64,000 nucleotides of DNA from Treponemataceae bacterium (GTDB lineage Bacteria > Spirochaetota > Spirochaetia > Treponematales > Rectinemataceae), in assembly GCA_963677895.2 (NCBI GenBank), contig CAXXGJ010000017.1, positions 128,001 through 192,000 of the forward strand, written 5' to 3'. Positions 9,450 to 19,560 of the stretch are shown here, in pieces. A model generated the notes under the pieces. That model did not search any database. It was not told the origin of the DNA and worked only from the letters and a program-made list of their open reading frames with translations. The position numbers and the translations under genes are program-made. The number at the start of each line of letters is the position of its first letter. Position 1 is the stretch's first letter.

Positions 9450-11171
9450 ATGGATAATCAGCAGCCTTGGACATGTCTCGATCCCTTCAGGGGAAGGCTT
9501 TTTTCGGGGGAGTGGCCTACCCTGCCCGAACTCTTCGGCATTTCCGTCGAGCGTTTCCCTGACCGTCCCTGCTTTACGGTGTATTCTCCGGACAGAATCA
9601 GCCTCACGTATAGGGAAGCCCACGCGAAAATACGGAGCGTGGCGGCTTACCTGCTATCCATAGGCATTGAGAAGGACGCGAAGGTCGCCTTGACCGGCAA
9701 GAACTCCCCCGAGTGGGCGATCGCCTACCTGGCCATCCTCGAGGCGGGAGCTATCGTCGTCCCCATCGATTACCAGCTGAGTCTTCCGGAAACGACGAAT
9801 CTGATCGCCGCGTCGGACGCGAAAATTCTTTTCGTCGACGAGGAAAAACTGGCCGAGCTCAAGTCCGCCTGCCCTCAGCTCTCGAAAATCCTGGCGCTCT
9901 ACGAAGGCGGAGAGAATTACCTCTATAACCTGGCCTCCCCTTCCGGCGGCAGCCAGGCCCAGGCGCACAAAACCGCCCAGGACGATCTCGCCGCCATCCT
10001 GTACACCTCGGGCACGACGGGAAAACCCAAAGGCGTCATGCTGACGCACAAAAACCTGGTATCGGACTGCATGCTCGCCCAAGCCAATCTCCATATTTAT
10101 CACAGCGACGTCTTCTACGCCCTCCTGCCCATCCACCACTCCTACACGATGCTCTCCGTCTTCATCGAATCTTTTTCCGTGGGAGCCGAAACGGTGTTCG
10201 GGAAACGCATGGTCGTCAAACAGATCCTCAAGGACCTGAAGGATGCCCACGTGACCATGTTCCTCGGCGTGCCCCTCCTTTTCAACAAATTGCTGAACGG
10301 CATCCTGAAAGGCGTCAAGGAAAAAGGTCCCTTCGTTTTCGGCTTGATATCGGCCTTGATGGGGATTTCGGGCGCGACCAAGAAGCTGTTCAAGGTCAAT
10401 CCGGGGAAAAAACTCTTCAATTCCGTGCTGGAAAAGGCGAGTCTTTCCACCATCAGAATCTGCATTTCGGGCGGAGGGCCGCTCGCTCCTTCGGTTTTCA
10501 GGAAATACAACGAACTGGGCATAGATTTCGTGCAGGGCTACGGTCTCACCGAGACTTCGCCCATCCTCACCCTCAATCCCATCGAGCATTATAAGGAAAC
10601 CTCGGTCGGAAAGGTGATTCCCCAGACCGAAATGAAGATCCTGGACCCGAACGAAGATGGGATTGGAGAGATCGTGGTAAAGGGTCCCATGGTCATGAAA
10701 GGGTATTACAAGATGCCCGATGAGACCAGGGAAGTGTTCACCGACGATGGCTGGTTCAAGACGGGAGATTTGGGGTATCTGGACGAGGAAAATTACCTGT
10801 ATCTCACGGGGAGAGCCAAGAACATGATCGTCACGGCAGGCGGCAAGAATGTGTATCCGGAAGAAATCGAAAACCGCTTCCAGCTTTACGAGGAAATCGA
10901 CCAGATTCTCGTGAAGGGATATGTCGACAAGGATGAAGAGGCTTCGGAACTTATAGAAGCGCTCATCTACCCCGATCAGGACTGGCTGAAGAAGCTTCCC
11001 GGCGAGCAGGAAGCGACGCTCCGGGCGGCCGAAACGAGGATGAAAGAGATTGTCGAAGAGGTGAACCAGAAGCTGCTTCCCTACCAGAAAATAAGCAAGG
11101 TCGCCATGCTCCGCGAGCCTCTCGAGATGACCACGACGAAAAAAGTGAAGCGTTTCAGCACGAACGCATAG
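9450..11171 (+). CDS. Long-chain-fatty-acid--CoA ligase (AMP-binding)
   Basis: YTSGTTGKPKG, QGYGLTETSP, WFKTGDLG and GKNVYPEEIE motifs; GAGGTG RBS before ATG 9450. Confidence 0.9.
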   Translation: MDNQQPWTCLDPFRGRLFSGEWPTLPELFGISVERFPDRPCFTVYSPDRISLTYREAHAKIRSVAAYLLSIGIEKDAKVALTGKNSPEWAIAYLAILEAGAIVVPIDYQLSLPETTNLIAASDAKILFVDEEKLAELKSACPQLSKILALYEGGENYLYNLASPSGGSQAQAHKTAQDDLAAILYTSGTTGKPKGVMLTHKNLVSDCMLAQANLHIYHSDVFYALLPIHHSYTMLSVFIESFSVGAETVFGKRMVVKQILKDLKDAHVTMFLGVPLLFNKLLNGILKGVKEKGPFVFGLISALMGISGATKKLFKVNPGKKLFNSVLEKASLSTIRICISGGGPLAPSVFRKYNELGIDFVQGYGLTETSPILTLNPIEHYKETSVGKVIPQTEMKILDPNEDGIGEIVVKGPMVMKGYYKMPDETREVFTDDGWFKTGDLGYLDEENYLYLTGRAKNMIVTAGGKNVYPEEIENRFQLYEEIDQILVKGYVDKDEEASELIEALIYPDQDWLKKLPGEQEATLRAAETRMKEIVEEVNQKLLPYQKISKVAMLREPLEMTTTKKVKRFSTNA

Positions 11172-11173
11172 CC

Positions 11174-12577
11174 ATGGAAGCCAGGTTTTCCATCTTCGGC
11201 GCCGAAGCCGAACCTCTCTCTCTTTTGGCCTGCGCGGTGCGGAAGAATGGGATCAGGGTCTGCGTCATCGGCGGCGGAGGCACAGGTATCGCTCTGGCCT
11301 ATGATCTGGCGCAGCGCGGTTTTTCGGTAACGCTCCTCGAAAAGGGGGAGCTCACGTCGGGCACGACGGGACGCCACCATGGCCAGCTCCACTGTGGAGC
11401 CCGCTATGCCTGGGCCGACAGGAATATCGCTAGGGAATGTTATGCCGAGAGTCTCGTTCTCGCGAGGATAGCGGGAGAATGCGTCGAATACAACGGCGGC
11501 TTTTTCGTCGCCCTGACGGAAGAGGAAAAAGCGCTCGAGGCGACGTTCATCGAGCGCTGTCTGGAAGCCGGAATTTCGGCCAGGTCTTTCGACATAGGGC
11601 GTCTGGCGCGCATGGAACCCAGGCTTTCGGGGGCGGTGAAGGCCGCCGTGGCCGTGCCGGACGGCAGTTTCGACGCGTTCAGGCTGCCTTTAATGTTCGC
11701 GGCTGCGGCGAAAAGGCTGGGGGTGGTTTTCCTGCCCTGGCATGAGGTCGCCGGCTTCGATTTTTCGGGAGGAAGGCTTCGCGCCCTGCTGGCGCGGAAC
11801 CTGGGCACGGGCTCGCGTGCCGCGGAGCTGGCAGGCGGGGGCCGACAGGACGGAACCGGGCAGGCGCAGGAGCCGGGGCAGGGACCTGGGCGCGACATCA
11901 AGATAGAGTGCGATTTCGCGGTGAGCGCGACGGGCGCATGGGCTGGGCAGGTCGGCGGGCTGGCGGGGATTTCCATTCCAATAGTGCCCGCGCCCGGCGC
12001 GATGCTGGCCGTGAAAGGCAGGCTCGTCGATCATGTCATCAGCCGATTGAGGCCGCCCGGCGACGGCGACATATTCCTTCCCCAGCGGGGACTATCCATA
12101 ATCGGTACCACCCAGCGCGTGGTCGATTCCCCTGAAGGGATCCTGCCCGGAGAGGAGGAGATCGACTTCCTCCGCGCCGCGGCGGCCGAAATGATAACCG
12201 ATTTCGCGAAAATGCCTTTTCACGCGGCATGGGCGGCCGCCAGGCCGCTCGCGGGACTGGCTGCAAAACCGCTCGCAGGGCCAGCGGCTGGTTCTACGGC
12301 GGGACCGGCGGCTGGTCCCTCGAACCCCGCGGCTGAAAATGGGTCGGAACCGGAAAGCAGGGAACTCAGCCGCGACTCCGTGGTTCTCGACCATGGCAAG
12401 GATGATGGCCTCGAGGGTTTCCTTAGCGTCATCGGCGGTAAAGCCACCGTGCTCCGCGCCATGGCCGAAAAGACCGCCGATCTCATCTGCGAAAAATCCG
12501 GACTCGTCGCCGAATGCCGGACAAGCCGTTTCAGGCTGCCCTCATGGCGGTCGTACTACCGCGGAGCCGGACGATGA
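11174..12577 (+). CDS. FAD-dependent oxidoreductase, anaerobic glycerol-3-phosphate dehydrogenase GlpA-like
   Basis: VIGGGGTG Rossmann motif, SGTTGRHHGQLHCGARY, IGGKAT; two low-complexity insertions; no C-terminal BFD-type domain visible. Confidence 0.75.
   Translation: MEARFSIFGAEAEPLSLLACAVRKNGIRVCVIGGGGTGIALAYDLAQRGFSVTLLEKGELTSGTTGRHHGQLHCGARYAWADRNIARECYAESLVLARIAGECVEYNGGFFVALTEEEKALEATFIERCLEAGISARSFDIGRLARMEPRLSGAVKAAVAVPDGSFDAFRLPLMFAAAAKRLGVVFLPWHEVAGFDFSGGRLRALLARNLGTGSRAAELAGGGRQDGTGQAQEPGQGPGRDIKIECDFAVSATGAWAGQVGGLAGISIPIVPAPGAMLAVKGRLVDHVISRLRPPGDGDIFLPQRGLSIIGTTQRVVDSPEGILPGEEEIDFLRAAAAEMITDFAKMPFHAAWAAARPLAGLAAKPLAGPAAGSTAGPAAGPSNPAAENGSEPESRELSRDSVVLDHGKDDGLEGFLSVIGGKATVLRAMAEKTADLICEKSGLVAECRTSRFRLPSWRSYYRGAGR
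12245..12316 (+). repeat. Six degenerate 12-nt tandem units in frame in the GlpA-like gene
   Basis: ccgctcgcggga ctggctgcaaaa ccgctcgcaggg ccagcggctggt tctacggcggga ccggcggctggt, encoding PLAG LAAK PLAG PAAG STAG PAAG. Confidence 0.75.
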
Positions 12578-13197
12578 AAATCGATATCGTGCTGAAAAAC
12601 GCAAAAGGCGAATCCATTTATTCCCTCGATATCGAAGCTTCCTCGACGGTGCTCGATCTTCTGGAAACGCTACGCAAAGACAAGGCGCCCGGGCTTTTAT
12701 ACCGACATTCCTGCCATCACGGTTCATGCGGAACCTGCGGCGCCATGATAAACGGCAAACCCCGCCTGATGTGCCTGACAAGGTTGGGCGATCTACGGAC
12801 AAGCAGCCTGCTTATCGAGCCTCTCGCGAAAATGACGGAGATCGAGGGGATCGCGGTCTGGCCGGGACCGCTGTTCGAGAATCTTCCCGACACCGATTAT
12901 CTCAAGGCGACGGAAAACCATGGCGAAGACGACAGCCGCCAGCTTGAAGACTGCATCGAATGCGGGATCTGCGTCGCAGGCTGTCCCGTGGCGAAGGCAT
13001 TCGTGGGGCCGGCGGCCCTCGCGGCGGCCGCTGTCGAAATGAAGAAACACCCCGATCGGGCGGCCGAAATGGACGCGTTGGTCGATAGAGCGGACGGAAC
13101 ATCGGCCTGCGAAAGGGCTTTCGAGTGCAGCAGGCTCTGCCCCCAAGGCGTCGCGCCGGGGCGAAAAATCACCGAGCTTATAAAGAGGGCCAGATAA
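12574..13197 (+). CDS. Succinate dehydrogenase/fumarate reductase iron-sulfur subunit-like protein
   Basis: SCHHGSCGTC...C ([2Fe-2S]), CIECGICVAGCP ([4Fe-4S]), CERAFECSRLCP ([3Fe-4S]-type); ATGA overlap with upstream gene. Confidence 0.8.
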   Translation: MKIDIVLKNAKGESIYSLDIEASSTVLDLLETLRKDKAPGLLYRHSCHHGSCGTCGAMINGKPRLMCLTRLGDLRTSSLLIEPLAKMTEIEGIAVWPGPLFENLPDTDYLKATENHGEDDSRQLEDCIECGICVAGCPVAKAFVGPAALAAAAVEMKKHPDRAAEMDALVDRADGTSACERAFECSRLCPQGVAPGRKITELIKRAR

Positions 13198-13199
13198 CC

Positions 13200-14297
13200 A
13201 TGCTGGAATTCATCTGCTCCAGCTGCGGCCACAGGGAATCCGCCGCCACAAGGATGCCTGCCTGTTCCTGCGGCGGTCTATGGGATCTGGACTTCAAGCC
13301 TCTCCGATTCGAAAGGAAGCTTATCGACAAGGAAACGTGGGGACTGTTCCGCTATAGGGCTTTTCTTCCTCTGGAGGGAGAGATTTGGAGGGATGTCACT
13401 TTGGGTGAAGGTATGACTCCCATCGTGCGCCTGGACAGTTCCGTCCTCCTCAAGATGGACTATTTCATGCCCACCCTTTCCTTCAAGGATCGGGGAGCGG
13501 CGGTATTGATCTCGCAATGCAAGACTATCGGGGTGGAATCTGTAGTGCAGGACTCGAGCGGAAACGCGGGCAACAGCATAGCGGCCTACTGCGGCAAGGC
13601 GGGAATCGACTGCGAGATATTCGTCCCGGAAGGCACTTCGCCCGGGAAAATAGCCATGATACGCGCTCACGGAGCCCTCGTGAATGTGGTGCCCGGCAGC
13701 AGGGACCACTGCGCCGCCGTCTGCCGCGAGAAGGTGAAAAAAGAAGGGAAATACTACGCGAACCACGTCTACAATCCATTTTTTTACGAAGGAACGAAAA
13801 CCTATATCTACGAAGTGTTCGAACAGCTCGGTCGAATTCCCGAAAACCTGTTCATTCCCCTTGGAAACGGGACTCTCTTTCTTGGAGCGATGAAGGCTCT
13901 GGAGGAACTCCTGGCCAGCGAGGCCATTCCGAAGATCCCCCATGTGCTTGCCGTTCAGAGCGAGCGATGCGATCCCATTTTCAGGGCCTGGCGGGAAGGT
14001 CTTCGGGAACCCGCGATCCTCTCTCCTACCCCCACGCTGGCCGAAGGAATCGCGATCGGCGTGCCGATGCGGGGGCGGAAAATACTCGACCTCGCCTACA
14101 GATACGGCGCGGAAATCATCACCGCTCCCGAGGAAGGGATTCTGGAAGCGAGAAATCTACTGGCGCGCGCGGGGATCTACTGCGAGCACACAACGGCGGC
14201 TACCTATGCCGCATATCTCGCGTATTGCGGAGAAAACGGCCCTACCCCCGACAGCTTGATTCCCATGTGCGGAGCCGGACTGAAATCGGATCATTGA
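13200..14297 (+). CDS. Threonine-synthase-like PLP enzyme (fold type II)
   Basis: N-terminal CxxC...CxC, TLGEGMTP, PTLSFKDRG, DSSGNAG, PLGNGTL. Confidence 0.8.
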   Translation: MLEFICSSCGHRESAATRMPACSCGGLWDLDFKPLRFERKLIDKETWGLFRYRAFLPLEGEIWRDVTLGEGMTPIVRLDSSVLLKMDYFMPTLSFKDRGAAVLISQCKTIGVESVVQDSSGNAGNSIAAYCGKAGIDCEIFVPEGTSPGKIAMIRAHGALVNVVPGSRDHCAAVCREKVKKEGKYYANHVYNPFFYEGTKTYIYEVFEQLGRIPENLFIPLGNGTLFLGAMKALEELLASEAIPKIPHVLAVQSERCDPIFRAWREGLREPAILSPTPTLAEGIAIGVPMRGRKILDLAYRYGAEIITAPEEGILEARNLLARAGIYCEHTTAATYAAYLAYCGENGPTPDSLIPMCGAGLKSDH

Positions 14298-14340
14298 CCG
14301 GAACCGAAAAAAGCGAAGTGTCAGGGGTAAGCAAAAATAT

Positions 14341-15600
14341 CTATTCTTTTTTCAACACCGTGACGCAGTTGGTCGCCGCGCTTCCTCCCACGTTGAACGC
14401 CACCGCTATTCCGGGCTGGCCTTTCGCCGGCGCGGCGCCGATCGGTTCGCCCACGAGCTGTTTGTACAGCAGCGCGTGCATGGATACTCCGGTGGCCCCC
14501 ACGGGATGCCCTTTGGCCTTGAGCCCTCCCGAAAGGTTGACGCAGCACTTCTGATCTTCCCTGCCGAAGCGGCCGTCCATATAGTCGAAGCCGGCGCGTC
14601 CGTCCGCGGAAAGTCCCAGGGCTTCGGTGCTGAGCACCTGGTTGATCGTGAAGCAGTCGTGGACCTCGGCGATGTCCACGTCCACGCTTCGGATGCCCGC
14701 TTCGGCGTAAGCCCTGCGCGCCGCTTCCTTGCCCGCGACCAGTTCGTGCATATTGCCGCGCATGGAGATGGGCATGTATTCGTTGGTGTGGCCGATGCCG
14801 GCGATTTTTACCCGCTTTCCGCCTCTCGCCGCGGCGTCTTCCGTTCTCATGATCACGAGGGCCGCAGCCCCGTCGGTGACAAGCGAACAGTCATGGAGGC
14901 GCAGAGGTTCCGCGATGAGTGGATTCTTCTCCGGAGGGAGGTTCAGGATGGCTTCGGTCGTCGTTAGCCCAAGACGATCGGAGGGGCCGCCCTTGCCGAA
15001 ATGCGCGAGCGGATTGTCGAGGCCATTCCGGTAACAGAGCGCCGAAACGGAAGCGAGCATCTTCGCCAGCGTCTGGGAGGAATAGCCGTAATGAGCCATG
15101 TAGCCCTTGGCGTATTCGGCGAAGAGACCGGGGAAGGTCATTCCCATGGCTCCTTCTTCCGGCCAATAGGAACAGGTCGCCAGGGCGTGGGTGACGTCCT
15201 TCGTGCCCAGGAGGTTCATCTTTTCGACGCCGAGGACGAGAGCGATCCGCGCCCTTCCCGCTTCCACAGCGTAGATCGCGTCATAGAGAGCCACCGAGCC
15301 CGAGGCGCAAGCGTCCTCGCAGCGCGTCATGGACTTGAAGCGCAGGCCCTCCGGGTCTATCGCGAGAGCCGCGGCGGCCAGGTGTTCCTGGTTCGCGAAA
15401 AGCCCGGGCGCGCAGCTGCCTACCCAGACCGCGTCCACATCGGCGGCGCTTATGCCGGCGTCGGCTAACGCTCCCCTGCCGGCTTCCGTCATCAATTCGT
15501 AGATGCTCTTGAGGTCGGTGACGACGCCCGTTTCCTTGTCTTTCTTCACCAGATTGCCGAACGCCGTATTATAAGCCCCGATGATGCTAACTTTTGACAT
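14341..15600 (-). CDS. Thiolase, SCP2/SCP-x type (acetyl-CoA acetyltransferase)
   Basis: EDACASGS catalytic Cys, EVHDCF and KGHPVGATG fingerprints. Confidence 0.88.
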   Translation of the reverse strand: MSKVSIIGAYNTAFGNLVKKDKETGVVTDLKSIYELMTEAGRGALADAGISAADVDAVWVGSCAPGLFANQEHLAAAALAIDPEGLRFKSMTRCEDACASGSVALYDAIYAVEAGRARIALVLGVEKMNLLGTKDVTHALATCSYWPEEGAMGMTFPGLFAEYAKGYMAHYGYSSQTLAKMLASVSALCYRNGLDNPLAHFGKGGPSDRLGLTTTEAILNLPPEKNPLIAEPLRLHDCSLVTDGAAALVIMRTEDAAARGGKRVKIAGIGHTNEYMPISMRGNMHELVAGKEAARRAYAEAGIRSVDVDIAEVHDCFTINQVLSTEALGLSADGRAGFDYMDGRFGREDQKCCVNLSGGLKAKGHPVGATGVSMHALLYKQLVGEPIGAAPAKGQPGIAVAFNVGGSAATNCVTVLKKE

Positions 15601-15617
15601 TGCCTCTTCCTCCTTAT

Positions 15618-16397
15618 CTATCGCTTCCCGATTCTTTCCGTGAATAAAGCCAAAATATCCAGGAATTTACCCGGATTTTCCGCGATGACCGAATGCCCGA
15701 CATCCTCGACAATCACAAGCTCGGCGTCAGGATAGGCCTGGGCAGTGTCCTTTGCCATCGTTTCCGTTATTATGAAATCCTCCCTTCCCCATATCACGAG
15801 GACTGGTTCCCTGAAACCGGAAGTCTCGGCCGATACGTCGAAACGCGACAAGGCCTCGGCGTTGCCAATCCAGGCTTTTTCCGCCATGCGCGCGGCATCG
15901 TCGACGAGGGAATCGAAAAAAAGCGGATCCCGCAGCGTCGGCACAGTGGCCGCGAGTGCCTTGGAGAGGATGTTCCTGTCCTTTCGCATCATTTCGACGA
16001 AGGGGTAGCGCTCCCGAGGCGTCAGGAGGCCTTTGGGCGAGGAAGAATCCACGAGGACGAGGGCTTTGACGATCCCCGGATGCCGCAGGGCCAGAGATTG
16101 CGCCACGGCGCCGCCGAGCGAGTGGCCGACAACGATAGGCGATTTCAAGCCTAGCGCTTCGATAAATTCCTGGACGCAGTCGGCGTAAGCATGGAGGTCG
16201 ACATCCCCTGATAGCGCCGAGGAGCGGCCGAAATTCGGCAGGTCCAGCGCGAAGGTCTGGAAACCGGGAATCTCCATGACTTTCGAAAACCAGAGGCTGG
16301 AGCCTGTATTGCCGTGGATATACACGAGAGGTTGGCCGCTGCCGGTCGTGGCGTAGTAAAGATGCATGCCGCCGATAAGAAGCAAGGCGCTCGTCAT
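15618..16397 (-). CDS. Alpha/beta hydrolase
   Basis: HGNTG oxyanion motif, GHSLG nucleophile elbow, VGHS His; start MTSALL with ATGA overlap. Confidence 0.88.
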   Translation of the reverse strand: MTSALLLIGGMHLYYATTGSGQPLVYIHGNTGSSLWFSKVMEIPGFQTFALDLPNFGRSSALSGDVDLHAYADCVQEFIEALGLKSPIVVGHSLGGAVAQSLALRHPGIVKALVLVDSSSPKGLLTPRERYPFVEMMRKDRNILSKALAATVPTLRDPLFFDSLVDDAARMAEKAWIGNAEALSRFDVSAETSGFREPVLVIWGREDFIITETMAKDTAQAYPDAELVIVEDVGHSVIAENPGKFLDILALFTERIGKR

Positions 16398-17194
16398 GTT
16401 TTTTCTCCCATAGTGAAAGCGGCGACCTCGGCCGCCACCAGGGCCGGCCGCTCGATGACGGCCGCGTGGCCCGCCCCCGGCAGCACCTTGAGGATGGAGC
16501 CCGCGATATTTGCCGCTATGATGGAAGCGAATCCTCTGTGTTTCAGTATATCCCGTTCCCCGACGAGCACAAGGGTTCGACAGGTTATGCGATTTAGTTT
16601 TGGCGTCAAGTCTATGGAGAGGAAGGCGCGGCAGAGCCCCGCGAAAGCCTCGAACCATTCTCTCGGCAGCGATGCCACCGAGTCTTCCCTGGTTTTAAGG
16701 ATGCCGGAATTCGCCGCGATATAGTCCGAAGAGTAATTCCACGGCAGGATCGTCCTGTAGAAAACCCTGGCGTCGCAGAGCGCCGCGGCCATCCATGATT
16801 CGACCGTCGCCCTGAGAAGAGCATCCAGCTCGCTCACCCCGTCGATGATCGTCAAAGAAAGGCATTTTTCCGGATGGGCGATGGCAAAAGCCAAAGCCAC
16901 CTCCGCGCCGTAGGAGGTTCCGACAATGTGCGCTTCTTGAATGGACAATCCCTCCATGAGCGCCGCCAGATCTTCGGCGTGGCCTTCGAGGCTGTAGGAA
17001 GAAGTCGGCTTTTCGCTCAACGTCTGACCGCGCATATCGTGGCAGAGCGCGCGGCATTTACCGCCGAGAGCTTCCATGACGGGTTTCCAGTGCCCGATCG
17101 ACATCGCGATGCCGTTGAGAAAGACCAGGGCTGGTCCCTCGGTCCCGAAAAGTTCATAACGGAGTCTCGCGCCGTTGGCGATGAAATCCGGCAT
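16394..17194 (-). CDS. Alpha/beta hydrolase (enol-lactonase-like)
   Basis: LNGIAM, HDMRGQ, GTSYG, AGHA; AGGAGA RBS before ATG 17194. Confidence 0.85.
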   Translation of the reverse strand: MPDFIANGARLRYELFGTEGPALVFLNGIAMSIGHWKPVMEALGGKCRALCHDMRGQTLSEKPTSSYSLEGHAEDLAALMEGLSIQEAHIVGTSYGAEVALAFAIAHPEKCLSLTIIDGVSELDALLRATVESWMAAALCDARVFYRTILPWNYSSDYIAANSGILKTREDSVASLPREWFEAFAGLCRAFLSIDLTPKLNRITCRTLVLVGERDILKHRGFASIIAANIAGSILKVLPGAGHAAVIERPALVAAEVAAFTMGEKT

Positions 17195-17204
17195 ACGGAA
17201 TCTC

Positions 17205-17906
17205 CTAAAGCCCCAGATAGGACTTGAGCACGTATGGATTCGTGCGCAGGCCCTCGGCGCTGTCCTCGATGACAATTTTCCCGTTCTCCAGCACATAGCC
17301 GCGGTCTATGGACCTGAGGCTCTCGCGGACGTTCTGTTCGGTCACGAGAATGGAAACCGATTTCTTCAGCGTCTTGAGCACCTCAAAAACCTCGGCGACG
17401 ATGGATGGCTGAAGGCCGAGCGAGGGTTCGTCGAGTATGAGAAGTTTGGGATCCGACATGAGTGCCCTCGCGATGGCGACCATGCGCTGCTGCCCGCCCG
17501 ACATCGTCCCCGCGAGCTGCCTGCGCCTTTCCTTGAGAATCGGGAACATCGTGAACACTTTGTCGAGATGATCCTTAGTCTTGGCCTTGGCGTGGGGAAT
17601 ATAGGCGGCTCCCAGCAGGAGATTGTCCTCCACCGACATGCCGGGGAATAGTTCCCGTTCCTGAGGAACGAGGGCTACGCCCATCCTGGCCATGATATGC
17701 GTCTCCGTGCCCTCGACGCGTTTGCCTTCCAATTCGATGCCGCCCGCCCAGACTTTATTCATGCCCATGACGGCGTTTATTAGGGTAGTCTTGCCGGCCC
17801 CGTTCGGACCGAAGAGACCCACGGATTCGGCTCCCACTTCCAGGTTCACGCCCTGGATCACCTTCATCCGGCCGTAGCCGCATTCCAGACCTTGTATTTT
17901 AAGCAT
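17205..17906 (-). CDS. livF: Liv-type (HAAT) ABC transporter ATPase
   Basis: [28 protein letters not shown]. Confidence 0.88.
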   Translation of the reverse strand: MLKIQGLECGYGRMKVIQGVNLEVGAESVGLFGPNGAGKTTLINAVMGMNKVWAGGIELEGKRVEGTETHIMARMGVALVPQERELFPGMSVEDNLLLGAAYIPHAKAKTKDHLDKVFTMFPILKERRRQLAGTMSGGQQRMVAIARALMSDPKLLILDEPSLGLQPSIVAEVFEVLKTLKKSVSILVTEQNVRESLRSIDRGYVLENGKIVIEDSAEGLRTNPYVLKSYLGL

Positions 17907-18625
17907 CAGGCGGCTCCTCCGAGATAGGCTTCGATGACGCGGGGATTCCTGGATACTTCCTCGTAAGGACCCTGGGCGATGAGTTCCCCGGCTTCCAGGA
18001 CGATGACGCGGTGCGTCAGCTCGCGAATGACGCCCATGACGTGCTCCACCACACCCACCGCCAATCCGCGCTCCTTGGCGACCTTCTGGACCGTGGCGAT
18101 CAGGTCTTTCGTTTCGTCGGAGTTGAGGCCGGCCATCACCTCGTCGAGGAAAAGCACCTCAGGTTCGTTGGCCAGAGCCCTGGCGATCTCCATCTTCTTC
18201 ACCTCGAGAATCGTGAGACGGCTGGTGTCCCTTTCGATATCCTTGAGGCCGAGTTCGGCGCAGAGGTCTTCGGCCTTGCGTCTGGCCGCCCTGAGCCCGT
18301 TGCCGCGGGCGAAGATCGAACCCACCATGACGTTCTCCACGAGGCTCAAGTTTTCGAGGGGGTGGATGAGCTGGTAGGTTCTCGCTATGCCCATGCGCGC
18401 CCGCTCGTGAGCGGGCGCGTAGGTGATATCCTGCCCTTTGTATTCTATTTTTCCCTCGCTCGGCATGATGATGCCCGAAACGAGGTTGATGAAGGTCGTC
18501 TTTCCGGCGCCGTTCGGCCCTATGATGCCGAGGATTTCGCCCGAATCCATGGAGAAGGACACCTTGTTCACGGCCACGAGACCCAGGAAGCGCCTCGTGA
18601 GGTCGGTAGTCTTGAGCTTAGTCAT
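17906..18625 (-). CDS. livG: Liv-type ABC transporter ATPase
   Basis: [24 protein letters not shown]; start MTKLK overlaps livM stop. Confidence 0.88.
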   Translation of the reverse strand: MTKLKTTDLTRRFLGLVAVNKVSFSMDSGEILGIIGPNGAGKTTFINLVSGIIMPSEGKIEYKGQDITYAPAHERARMGIARTYQLIHPLENLSLVENVMVGSIFARGNGLRAARRKAEDLCAELGLKDIERDTSRLTILEVKKMEIARALANEPEVLFLDEVMAGLNSDETKDLIATVQKVAKERGLAVGVVEHVMGVIRELTHRVIVLEAGELIAQGPYEEVSRNPRVIEAYLGGAA

Positions 18626-19560
18626 TTTGTCTTCCTTCCGGTTTTGCCCATCGCTTTCCGAGCGACCCCGAGCAGACCCTGGGGCATGCACAGGATTACG
18701 AATATGATCATGATTCCGTACACGACGAGATGGCCATAGGGAATCTTCAGCTTGAGCCACTCCGCGACCAGGCCGAGGAGAAGGCCTCCGAGGATCGGGC
18801 CCACCGTGCTGTGGATGCCTCCGAGCAGGGCCATCGCGAGGGGAAGGAGGGTGAAGTCGGCGCTGAACACGGTGTCGGGCGAGGCGAAGCCGTAAGACAT
18901 CGCGAAAATGCCGCCGATCATACCCTGGATGGCCGATGTCACCACGAAGGTGACGAGGAGCCAGCGGAAAATGTCCACACCGGAAGACCTGGCCGAAATT
19001 TCGTTGTTCCTGATGGCGGTGAGCGCGAAACGGACGCGGCTTTTCTCGAACCAGTATGAAGCGCCTAACGCCACGGCGAGACCGGCGAGGGTGAGAAAAT
19101 AGAGACTGCTGGATTTGCCGCCGAAGATGATGCCTTCCTGGACGACGATGCCCTCGGGACCGCCCGAGAATTCCTTCATGTTCTGTATGATGATGCGGAA
19201 TATCTCGCCCAACGCGAGAGTGACGATCGAGAAGTAGGTATGCCTCAGCCTGAGGATGAGGAAGCCGATAAGGAAGGCCACTATGCCAGAGAAGAGACCG
19301 GCGAAGGGAATCGAAAGCCATCCGGGCATTCCGCCCCTCACGACGCCGAGGATCGAAGCATAGGCTCCCAAGCCCACGAGGCCGGCGATGCCGAACGATA
19401 TCTGCCCCGAGCGCAGGAGCATGTCCCAGGTGATGGCGAGGGCCATATACATCATGACGTTGCGCGCTACCTGAAGCGGGTAGTCTCCCGCGAAAGCGGG
19501 CAATGTCAGCGCGAGCACGGCGGCGATCGCGGCGAAAGTCCGGGCTACGTTGCGGTTCAC
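18622..19560 (-). CDS. livM: Liv-type ABC transporter permease
   Basis: [26 protein letters not shown] motifs. Confidence 0.88.
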   Translation of the reverse strand: MNRNVARTFAAIAAVLALTLPAFAGDYPLQVARNVMMYMALAITWDMLLRSGQISFGIAGLVGLGAYASILGVVRGGMPGWLSIPFAGLFSGIVAFLIGFLILRLRHTYFSIVTLALGEIFRIIIQNMKEFSGGPEGIVVQEGIIFGGKSSSLYFLTLAGLAVALGASYWFEKSRVRFALTAIRNNEISARSSGVDIFRWLLVTFVVTSAIQGMIGGIFAMSYGFASPDTVFSADFTLLPLAMALLGGIHSTVGPILGGLLLGLVAEWLKLKIPYGHLVVYGIMIIFVILCMPQGLLGVARKAMGKTGRKTK

